Part shown: positions 40,774 through 51,600 of the stretch, one piece after another
How positions within the stretch are numbered: the stretch's first letter is position 1
How the letters are laid out: each line of letters begins with the position of its first letter
From: Takakia lepidozioides
Taxonomy: Eukaryota; Plantae; Bryophyta
Assembly: GCA_030704615.1 (NCBI GenBank)
Contig: CM060731.1
Coordinates: forward strand, 38,254,001-38,318,000
Direction: 5' to 3'
Length of the DNA: 64,000 nucleotides
Notes under the pieces: generated by a model
Databases searched by the model: none
What the model saw: the letters and a program-made list of their open reading frames with translations, nothing else
What the model was told of the DNA's origin: nothing
Made by a program: the position numbers and the translations under genes

Positions 40774-43364
40774 TATTACCGCGGATCAGCTGTCGCCTAT
40801 GTCCTAATTTTTTATCCCTCTTCATTGCCCCCACATGAATATTCTTTGTGGCCGAGAACAATGGCAGGTTTGCGGATGAATTATGATTGAGGTCATGACT
40901 TTGGAATGAGGAGATCGCCCACTAGAGAACTGAATATTAAAAGCAATCAGTTTTTTTTGGCAAAGCAGTACATTCATTCCAACACACAAACATTTTTCAA
41001 TTCCGCAATCCGAAGACCTACCCTAGGCAATCCCTAACTGTACTTACGGGAACGCGCAAAGAACTTGAAAAACAGTTTGGGGATGGAAGCAAAACCAAAA
41101 CACAATTTATTGAGCCTCGGTACTTGAACCTAAAGAAATATTGGAGGTTTCAGAGGAACCACTTCCAGAGTTTACAACAATATCATCTATGAATACAGCA
41201 GCACATCCATGACGTTTTTTTTTTCCACGACCTTCATGGAGATGCGAATACAGTGTTTGTTCGGATAACACCCGTGCGCAAGCTTCCGCGTAAACCGGCA
41301 AGCGGTTGGATCTAGGGGGACTCGGAGACATGTATTATCCTTGGAAACCGAAAGGTGTCTGCTGATTCAATGACTGGTGCCGAACTCTGAAAAGCAAGAA
41401 GAGGAATAGTGGTAGATGTTAACATCCAGATATAGACAATGTAAGCCACTATTTGTCGAACGGGAACGACACAAGGAAATGCAACATATTTTGCACGACT
41501 ACAGAAGAACTTACTCACACTCAAAATCGGAGTCCACGTCCAGATCCTCGTCAGGCGCTTCGGGCTCCTCCAGAAGTCCCTCTGTGGATGGGGCAGAAGT
41601 AGTGCCCGACTCAAGCTGACGAAGCTCGCTTGAGAAGAGCTCCGTATCAGCTTCCATGCCGAAGAAGTGCCTTCCGGCGCTCTTGCAAGCATGAAAACAT
41701 GCTCCTGCAAATCCAAGAAGAACGAGAAATAAAAACAGGGTTTCCCTAAGGTCACTGCCCATATGTCAAACACAATGTGAAGGGCCCCACCTGTGCCCAT
41801 AGACAAGTCAACCACTCGTCCACCATGACGGCTGCATGTCTCCACCAAAGTATGCATGAAAGCTGGAGATTTCTCCCGTGCACCTCTCCAAGGGACACCA
41901 ATCGACCTTTTCATAGTCCGACCCGAGTCGACGTAATTGAAGATAACATCATCCTCCACAGGCTCGCAGGTGGGGTCAATGTGAGCTGCAAGGTCCCTCA
42001 ACTGAAACTCAGCAACACCAGGAGGAAGAGTGTCCTTCCGCCTCACCAGGCACAAAGCTTCGAACACCCGTGTCTGTCAATAATCACGAAGAGAGCATGA
42101 GACAGAAGACATAACCCACCATTTTGATTTACCGAAAAACCACGAAACATCAATTGAAAGGAACCAACTCACTTTCTGCCCCGAGAACTCGCCCTTCGTA
42201 AGAGGCAGAGTATTGATGCATGTCCAAGTTTTGATGACACGAAACCCGGAAGCTTTCATGTAGCTGAAAAGAGTTCTTCGATGTCCTTTGACTGCATGAG
42301 AAGAAGAGCCCCCGAGTCCGAAATGAATTTGTTGTTGAACGAGAAAGCCCACTGCCAGTAACGAGAATCCGATTTGTTCCAAGTCGGGGTCGAATTGGAA
42401 GGGAACACATCAGGGACAGGAAAACCATCAGGAATGTCCAGCACCACAAGGTCAGTCGCGTATGCCTGCTGAACTCCATTCACCCATTCCGGACTTTTTG
42501 TGACCTACAGCAAAAAACAGGAAACAGTGTAAGAAGCCCAATCCAAATCTAACAGGAGATCAATCCCATGGACAAGCCACAACAAGTTACCAAAACATAA
42601 TTATTCATACAACAGTTTAGACATAAGTGCTTACCTGAGTGAGGAACGAAACAAGCATGTCCCATGATTTCGAGGGCACCCCTTTGAATGTGGACTTCCT
42701 GGACTCCATCATTGCAAGAAAACTTTCATTCAGCACCTTACGATTGAACTGGCCCAAAACCCTGGAGGGATGTTCTCTCGCCTCGAAAACTTGCTCCCTC
42801 GGCTTTGATGTTCTCCTATCCCTCCTTGTGGGAGAAGGTTGTCTTTCAGGAACCTCTGACGGTCCCTGTCCTTGCAGAGCTGGACTTTTCCCCTTCCCCT
42901 TCGGATCCCCGACAATCTTCCCATTTCGTTTTGGAGTAGCAGTTTTCTCGGGCTCTTTTGCAGCCAGAGCATAAATGATTCTGTCCTGGATGTCTTTGTC
43001 AGCCAATGGGGCAATTGTTGCGGCATTGTCGTTCAGGTTTCTCAAAACAACTTCATCGAATGGTGTGTCATGTTTTGGCAGGTCGAGGTACCACCCACAG
43101 TCTCTGAAGTGCGCCCTGCTCCAGTCTCTGGCAATACCAGCCGTGTACATTGTCTTGTCATTGGATGGTTCAGCCCACGAATAGATGAAGTCTGGGTCAT
43201 CGCTAAGGTACTTTCCCGATATGAGGATATGATACATATACCTGAATCACACACCAAAAACCCAGACAGTCATTCGATCTGAAAATGAAAAAGAACACAC
43301 ATCCGGAAAAAGATATTGAAATGCAGGAAAGCAACACTCAGAAACGAACTTTTGCAATCCCGAA

Positions 43365-43990
43365 TCAACCTTGCGTTGACGCAATGTTGATTCGAGCAAA
43401 AATGGGAAACACCAAATGATAATGTTGTATTGATAAAGACAACGACTGACAGAGCGCAATTCAACATTGCTTCAAAGCAAGGTTGTTTTCATTCACAGAG
43501 GAAATGGAAAACACTGCTTGAAAACTACCATGTGACTATGTACTGGTGCGGATATTCAACATTGCGTTGGCGCAATGTTGAAATCCTCTGTTGAAACACA
43601 TGTCAATGGTATCTGATAATCATATGTTTCCTACAATTGTATGGAAATCGGGAGATTGTTGCGGGACATTTCCAGTAATCCATACCGCCAAACAACGTTG
43701 CGTCAACGCAAGTCTGTTTGTTGGTATAGTGAAAGCTGTAAATAGCATTTCAAACAGACTCCAAACAGTCTTATGTTCATCTTGGCAGCATTGGAACTGG
43801 ATTTGAACTACCCAAAACCACAGGAAAAGCTACATAGCCTGCCACTTCATCAACCTTGCGTTGACGCAAGGCTGATTTTCCTGTCAGTTTATCCCCTTTC
43901 ACATGCAGAAAAACGACATTATGGGATACCCTGGTATAGGTAACTGAAACCGGGACAATGGGATACAACCTTGCGTTAACGCAATGTTGC
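43365..43990. repeat. Six copies of the palindrome TCAACCTTGCGT-NN-ACGCAAGGTTGA in one intron of the accessory gene
   Basis: Copies start at 43365, 43461, 43556, 43692, 43850 and 43965, separated by unrelated sequence. Confidence 0.9.
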
Positions 43991-45870
43991 TCGACTGCAC
44001 ATGCAGAGCCCTCAGAGATCCCTCAAAGCCCTGCAAATTCGCAATTCTTTATGTAAAGAACGACACAAGAATGTAGAAACATACCCTTCAAGTACCAAAT
44101 TTGATTCAATGAGCTCACACCTGTACAACACTCGTTTCATTGCTTGCTCGCTGTTGTACTGGTTTTTGAATTCGTACGACCTGGAGATTCCTTTTGGCTT
44201 TCTCAAACTCCCTGAAGAAGCAGTTTTTCCAGACAGCGAGCTTCCATCTCCTGATGTAGGCCTCCAGTGTGATCCGGGGGCAAGCCATCTGGATTTTACA
44301 GTCTGCCATCGACTCAGCAAGTGCAGCCACTGCACGTTTTTCCAACTGCAACAAGAAAGCTCATGAGAATTTGGGAGAGGTTACGGAGCAACACAAATGT
44401 CTGAAAATGGTTTGGTGGAAACCTTACCTGGCTCCAGAATGTGGCTTTGTGTAGCCACTGGTCGAATGTGTGGTCGCTAACAACTTTTATTGCTTGTGTC
44501 TTCGGGTCCCTCTCTAGAGTTGGGAACATGTTCGTGTCTCTCACAAGAGGATCCGAATTCCATATCTCCAACCACCTGATTTTGGTTGCATTGTCCACCA
44601 TTGAAATGGAAAGGCGATGTAGTTTCTCTTGAGTCATTTCTGGCTTGGAGCCATACTTGTCATAGTGTGCTTTCACCTGCTCCAGAAATTCCGTGCCAAG
44701 ACCTGGATCTGCTATCCGGATTTGTTTGTCGAATGCACTCATGAGGTTCTTCCTTTGATTATTCATCTCGAACTTCATCATGTCCTCAAGCCCAGTTGCA
44801 GACCGCTGCTCTTCTGTGTGGGAATCATAGTACTCTGCTTTCGCCTTCAAACCAGTTTCTGCTATTTCTTGCTGCATACATTACAGGTAGAAAGAATCAA
44901 ACACTGGCGTTTCTTCACAAAATTTGCAGTAACAACAGGTAAACACGTGTCAAGAAGCTTACAGTGTACATGTAGTCAAGAAAAGCCTCCTTTGTCAAGC
45001 TGTACCATGTGCTTGTCTTCTTCTCAGCACACCTCTTCATCTGCTGAGGACTGAGCACGTTCGTGAATGACTCCAGTGGCATCAGCCCTACCTTCTGGAT
45101 ACGGAATAGAGTGTGGCACAAATTGGTCGTCACATGAGATGTTTCATTGGACCTGGAAAAACCTTCAACTCATATGATGATTTCAAATTGTCGAAACGCG
45201 AACAGACACAAAGTTGGAAACTTACTTGTTTATGTCGTGCATGGCTGTCAAGAGCTGCGTGACACGTCCTTTGTGATCGAGAACCATGGAAACCACGCTC
45301 CAGTGCCATTCGATCTCGTCCGAGTGCAAGCTTGAAATGTAATCCATCCAGGCAAGCAGTCTGTGGTTCCCATCCCAGACAAAAAACATCTTTCCCATGA
45401 ATGCTTTTGTGGAGGCCTTTTGAACAGCTTAAACTCGAACTCCCTGTTTACATCCCGCCAGCATGCATCCCAACTTTGCTCAATGTCCTCTGTTACAAGA
45501 CACTCCTCTCCTTTCGTGTTCATAGTGGATACGTAGAACACTGCTGATCCCTTGACATAGCCGTGAACAAAGTCGTTCTTCAACTTCATTATATCATTCC
45601 TCAATGCCAGTCGAACAGCAGGCATGGAGATCATCCTGCACAGCGGAATGACCAGGTTTCCGCCGGGAACCTCCATCGACAGAATCACCTTCGATGAGTT
45701 CACTTTTTGCCCACCCATTATCTCCTCGGCCTTGTCTTCATAGTGTCCCTCCAATGAGTCTTCCTCACCTTCACCTTCTGACGCGGCCAAATCTTCCCCC
45801 TCGGATTTCCTTTTTCTTTTCCTCTGCACACAATGAATACTCTGTGAGTGACAGATTGAGCTCCGATGGA

Positions 45871-46396
45871 TCAACCTTGCTTTGACGCAAGGTTGATTGA
45901 TGGGGATGTAGTTTAGACTGAAAAGCATAAAGGAAAGACTTTTGAACCCAAAAAATGCTTTGCGTTGACGCAGGGTTCTTTTGGGAGCTTCAAATAATCA
46001 ACTTTCCCTACCTTACAGTCCAGGGTATGAGAGTTCGGACGCTTCGATTGAACAAAAAAGGCATCAAAACCAGCCTTGCGTCAACACAAGGTTGATTCCT
46101 GCGCGGCATCTGTTCGTTTCACCATAAGTTCTAAACATACACTATAGAGGTCGGCATCAACCTTGCGTTGATGCAAGGTTGATTGCGAGCTCTCTGATCG
46201 GGGTTCAACAAACAAAATATCTACAGGAAAAGGAGATTGTTGTCTCTGCTTCTTTTTTGCAATTGATGATGCGTCGCAAGCATCCATGTCTGTCTAGCTT
46301 GATTGTAGTGCAGCGTCTGCACTGTTTTGATGCCCAACATATACACTTAGGAGGTCGACTTCAACCTTGCGTTGACGCAAGGTTGATGTCAACCTC
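45871..46396. repeat. Five more copies of the same palindrome in the 5' introns of the accessory gene
   Basis: Copies start at 45871, ~45953, 46070, 46157 and 46361. The last extends to a ~46-bp near-perfect palindrome at 46351-46396. Confidence 0.9.
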
Positions 46397-47483
46397 AATG
46401 CTTAGCATGAACCAGACAGAAACAGAAAGAGAAAAAGAGAGTTCATAGCCACCTCCGGATTCTTCTTTGCACTTGATGATGCTCCTGACGCATTCAATTT
46501 TTCCATGGGGTCTGGAGGTAGCATGCTTCCAAGGAGGTCCCGATGGTGCGAAACAAGGGCAGACGACAGCGTTTCCGCGTCCGTTTGTTCTCCCTGCTCT
46601 TTGAAGACCTGGTTCTCCACTCGCAGTGCTTTCTCCCGAGCCCAGCTCACTTCCTCGTCCTCCCCCCCTTCTATTGGAGGTTGCTCATCGGTCGCCTCCG
46701 GGATCACTTCAAGACCTTCCTCTCCACACTGTGGTTGCAGAATCTTGTTTTGCCCTTCGTCTTCCTCTACGCCGGAGGTTTCTTCTCCCATTCTAAGTTC
46801 TCGTCTCACCTTTCTCATCCCCTCCTTAGCGCGTGCCCTTTGCTTGTTTGATGTGAAATAAAGTGTTCTTCGATGCTTGCTTCTCCCTCGGAATGGGGTC
46901 GCCGTCTCTGCAGAATCCAGGGTTGCAAAGACAATAAGGAGAAGAGGGAAAAAAGATGACTATCGGAGGTTCATCGCAAGGCCTTCAACGCCAAGATGTT
47001 CGCTTGCAACGTTCAGTGCGCCACTGACTCGTTCCACATGCATGGCGAACACGTGTCCATATAATCGTTCTGAATATCGGCGGAGATCATTGGATCCTCA
47101 TCCATCCAAAATTCGTTGGGGTCTAATCACCTCTCATCTGAAAAAGTTCATTATTGGGTAATATCTTCTGGGATGTTCCAGAGGAATGTGAAGTATGTAC
47201 AGTTGTACAGCGGTGCAAGTGCCGTTAAAATTAAATGGAAATGGGCATCTCTTCTGGACTCTCTGACATGACAACCAGATGGCGGCTTTGTCAGTCAATC
47301 TGTCAACTAATGCACTGGTGGGGCACTTGTGAAAAAATAGTTGGATTCTAGGATTAGGAGATCTGCAAGCCAGAGCGATACTTGCAATTGTGTGTGAGGA
47401 CGCCAAAAACTCCGCTCCTACACAACCTGCATTCAGAAGCACCATCGGACTGTGAACTCTACTTTCTGAAGCAACATCGACAT

Positions 47484-48690
47484 ATGGCCTCCCAGGCCAT
47501 GGGCTCCCTTGACGCGGACTTCTTCAGTGAGGACCACCCTGTGCCATTTTCTTACGAGGTGGAAGATGATGGTTTTGCGGTGGTGCATGAACTCGTCCTC
47601 GCAACGCAGTTTCGGTTGGAAAATGGAAGTCTATTCGTTCAGAGGGAAGTGTACGATGCCAATGGAAAACTGGTCAAGTACGCGTTCCAGAAACCTTCGC
47701 ATACTGCACCAACCACACAATGGAGAGTGCCTCCAGGCAGATACAGGGTGCTTAGTGCTCCTCTGAGACAGTCTGCAGGATCGTTCGTAACTCCTGGCAC
47801 GGCAGCACCAGTGGCCCAGGAGAAAACACCCGTGGTTGTCAAGAAGGAGACGAGTAGCGTTAACACTGTGGTTGAGCTTTCGGACTCATCCTCCGATGAC
47901 ACATGTGCAATACCGCCCGTGGATCAGCCATGTCCACATGTAGAAGCAGATGTGGAGGAGATCACGAGTGTCATTCCTAAACTGAAAGCCATGGGTGGGA
48001 TGGCAGGATTCAAGAGTGAGTTGAGGGGGATAGACTGGAGCACTTTCAATATTCAGAGGGTGGCATTCTTGCCGGAATCTTTTGATGGTAATACTGTTTT
48101 CGAGCTGCCTCCTCCTGGTCGCGTGGGGGGCATTTCCAGTCTCCTGGAAGGAATGGACAAAAAACACGATGGGCACCCTTGGTGCCGCACAAAAACCTCC
48201 AATATTCACAACAACGACAAACTCATATTCAGGCAAACAGTCTGTAATGGGCACCTGAAATGTGAGAACATGAAATGCAGACACTTCGCATTGTCAGGTG
48301 TGCAAAACCAAAGCGAATGGGATGGTGTCAGTGAGAATCCATTCAAGCCTGGGGTGACACCACCATACAGTAACACTTTTGTGTGCAAGTTCTGTAGGGT
48401 ACCACCTTGCTGCCTTGCTTTGTGTGGCGCCATAATGTATTATGTGGTGCATCGATTCAAAACCCTGACTATAGCCTGTATCCATTTTGGTTTTCACAAC
48501 CACCCTGTGTCCAAGGGGGATTATAGGGAGAGCGTTGACACAGTCTCGCGTCTGATAAGGTAAGAGTTGGATACCAATCCAACTGGAACCACATCTGCAA
48601 TTGCCATGGGGGCGAGCAAGTCCTTTCTGGAAAGCCGTATTCTGTGTGCATCAAATTCGGTTGGAGGAATACTGGAGGGACCAGCTTTGA
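47484..48690 (+). pseudogene. MULE transposase 5' half with GCM/WRKY-like zinc-binding DNA-binding domain
   Basis: DGHPWCRTKTSN...CNGHLKCENMKC...CKFC...C...CIHFGFHNHP. An in-frame TAA at 48561-48563 is followed by ELDTNPTGTTSAIAMGASKSFL...LEGPAL, where coding character stops. Confidence 0.75.
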
Positions 48691-51600
48691 TTTTTTTCCC
48701 TTCAATAATCACGTAATAAAGTTCTAAGGGCACCGTCCCGTTCTGCAAAAAAGAAAAAAAGAAAAAAGAAAAAAAAGAAAATCCTAATTATATTCTTTGC
48801 TACCAACATATCTCATCAACAAATAGGAGCCATTACGCGACGAGCCGCTTGTTTCAATAGCGCTCACAGGTAGGTAGGTGAGCACATTCAAATAATGTTT
48901 TTGAAAATTGTTCTCAGACTATCTTGGAATAATGCCATTACCATACAAAATCGACTCATGCACCAAAACAATTGAAGGTACGAAACAATTCTAAAATATA
49001 GTTTTCATATTTTAATGGTTGCATGATATTCAGCATATTGATGAACATTGTCAAAAAATGATGATTAATTTCGCCTTCGAAAAGTGTGCACATGCCAATA
49101 CAATGTAGGTGGATTTTCATCCAATGTAGAGGGACCTGTAGTTTAAAAAAAAAAAAATCTACACTCATTGGATTGCCCAAGCAAGCCCAGATACCATCCC
49201 CCAATTGAATGTGTGCTACATACTTAAATTATATCACACATTAGGACGACATTTTAATAATAAATAATATAATTATTCTGATTGGAATGTGCTTGAAAGA
49301 TGCCTTATTGTAGGAAGGTTGTATAAGGGTTGTGGATTTGAAACTTCCTAAGGAGAATTCAATTGGAACTAGTGCAGATGGCAATGAATGACTGTATCTG
49401 TTCCTTGGTTTTACTGCAAGACTTGGCTAATATAATCGCCAGCATTTAATGAAAGGCCAAATGAAACTTTTCTTTAATTGATGACAATTCACAATGGAAA
49501 AGACATTTGGTGGAAAGTCAAGCCTGCAAAGATCAGTGCTTTTCTTTGGAGCCCAAGTAATCATATTTTGTCTTAGATGTATTCACGACAATACTCTGGA
49601 GGATTCTTCTACCTGTTTCGTTGCTCCCATGGCCTTTGAACCCACTTGGAACTTGGCAGAAAGCCCCACTCTGTGCACTGGGATGATGGATCGTGATCAT
49701 CGTCCATGCAGTATTAGAAAAGTGTTTGGGCTCGGACTACTGTTCCGAGTTGATTGGTGAAGAATGTTCACAAATGGGACCGGACCGGCGTGACCTGTTC
49801 AAAACATGACACGAGTTTTGCATTGATAAAAGTTGCAGGTGGGACCAGCGATGCCGCCTCTAAGTTACTTGTAGAGATCAGTTCCATAGAATTATAGAAT
49901 GTTAGTACACATTTTATCTGATCAGTCGGGCCTCACCGATAGAAACAGGACTTCTCACTTACATCACCGGATTGGCCAATGGCAATGGTTACACCCAACA
50001 GGGTATAAATAGTGATTTTTTCTGCCTTCATCTAGCAATACACATTTGTTGCGAGCCTGATGAGTCATCCTACCATTCTGGGCCGTCGTGGCAGCAGGGT
50101 GAGATCTCATCACATGGCCTGCTGGCGTGTCGCAATAAAGCAGCCAACCGCAGCTCCTGCGCAGGGGCCGCCGGAGAAGCGTGCATCTTATAGGCCTTAA
50201 CATCACGGCAACCTCACTGCATGCTCCAACCCACATGGCCGACACTAGCCCTGCCTCCCCTCCTGATTGAGTCCTTCTTCTCCGCTTCCAGAACACCCGG
50301 CCCACTCATACACTCCCTTTGAATATCTTCTTATTCTTCTCCTTCTCTTCTTCTTTCCTTGTTTCTCGCACTCTCACCCCATTTATTATATTCGCTTGGG
50401 CTAGCAGAGGAGTTTGACTTTACTTATAAAAACTTTACTGCGTTCATCGATGCTTTCACTGCCTGGGTTTTCCACCATTGCCCTTCGGATGCCTGCAGCC
50501 TCAGCACACTGTGGGTACATTGTTCATTCACCACAGGCACCGACTCTGTGCATGCAGTACAAGTGTACACAGCGTAAGTATTTGGGTCCTTTGTAATGCA
50601 GCAAAAGTCCTTCAAAAGACAATTGAAGGCAAGGTTTTTGTTGCATCGAAGGAAATTCTCTTACAAACCGGCTTCTAGCGTCATCCTTATCTTGTGTATA
50701 CACCCCTCTCGAGACCTCACCGATTCATAACCCACAATGGGACGTGGAGTTTTTCATGCTGTTTTAATGTATTGTATGTGAGCTGCATGATCTCAACGAA
50801 CCGCGGCCTGGATTGGCCAACACACAACTATTCTGGGTGCATTAATTAAGTGGGGTGGCCTTGAATCAGTCAGACATGCAACAATCCACTTGCACCCAAC
50901 ACAAGAGTCAAACCCAAACCCTGAATTTGTTCGGCACACACTTCACAAAATTCTGTTAAGACATCAGACTCGACTGAAATACAAGTGGGGCCGGCCCTCA
51001 TGAATGCGAATATACTCACCACACTCATAAGCCTGCCGCAGTCACGGCGACGGCGCTGGAATCCGGACGGACGAACGCGTCCGTTCCTCCGCCCTGTGTT
51101 CGATGGTCCCCGCCTGCGCAGGTAGGGCCAGCCTGGCAGCTGCAAGTGGATCGCGCCAGTCTGTTGGGATGGACGGATGAATACTCGGCGAGACGGATGA
51201 GAAACCCCTGGCGGCCAGAGCGTTACAATGCCGGCGGGCGGGGTCCCCGGCCCCCGGGTGCCGCCGGGCGCCGCGTCCGCCGTCCCCCGTGCGGACTAAC
51301 GGTTCCCCAGCCACGTTTGCACGGCCGGACAACTAGCTGCCGGAGTTTACTCCGTCTGACATGCTGTCGTGAGTTTTAAAATACCATATGGTAAATACCG
51401 TAACGAATAGACGTATTAGTGTCGTATACGAGTACTCGCCCGATAGGACGGCACGAGAGAAGTATGAGCCACTTGCGGCGCGCAGGCCGGGTACGCGGAG
51501 GCTGGGCCCCGGCGGAGAGGTGTGCTGCCCGGGAATCTGGCAGCCCGGGGCGTGCTGCCCAGGATGGCAGCGCAGTGATGATTGGCAGGCAGGCGCAGTG

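Larger units (their letters stand above)
41107..46908 (-). pseudogene. Transposon accessory gene: ParB/Srx-like domain fused to a beta-class N6-adenine/N4-cytosine DNA methyltransferase-like domain, multi-exon, frameshifted
   Basis: About 10-11 GT-AG exons. ParB-like FFVWDGNHRLLAW at 45357-45374. MTase motif IV-like DLVVLDIPDG at 42427-42438, then WRGAREKSPAFMHTLVETCSRHGGRVVDLSMGTG/ACFHACKSAGRHFFGMEAD (motifs X, I, II) at ~41655-41890. Frameshifts at ~45415 and ~42270. The 5' end is uncertain. Confidence 0.75.
40645..48690 (+). mobile_element. MULE right segment (terminus B, accessory gene, transposase 5' half), inverted relative to its original orientation
   Basis: The reverse-complement TSD GGTAGATGC (40636-40644) is followed by GGGGAATGCTTG-CGCGTGAGCC...CGCGTGAG..TGTGAGCGT. 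Similarity to terminus A extends ~130 bp (TCATGCCAC(G/A)TCA, GGCC(C)TAT..CCGTG). Confidence 0.85.

Noticed and set aside
43365-43990. CRISPR array (palindromic repeats with unique spacers)
   Set aside because: Spacing is irregular and too long (95-158 bp), the repeats are degenerate and lie in a spliceosomal intron, and there are no cas genes.
41107-46908. Bacterial contamination explaining the ParB/MTase motifs
   Set aside because: The gene has multiple GT-AG introns and lies within a TSD-bounded element nested in a plant LINE.
48747-48781. A-rich tract as the poly(A) tail of the split LINE
   Set aside because: The sequence between the breakpoint and the tract does not continue LINE ORF2, and I found no LINE TSD. 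It cannot be supported.
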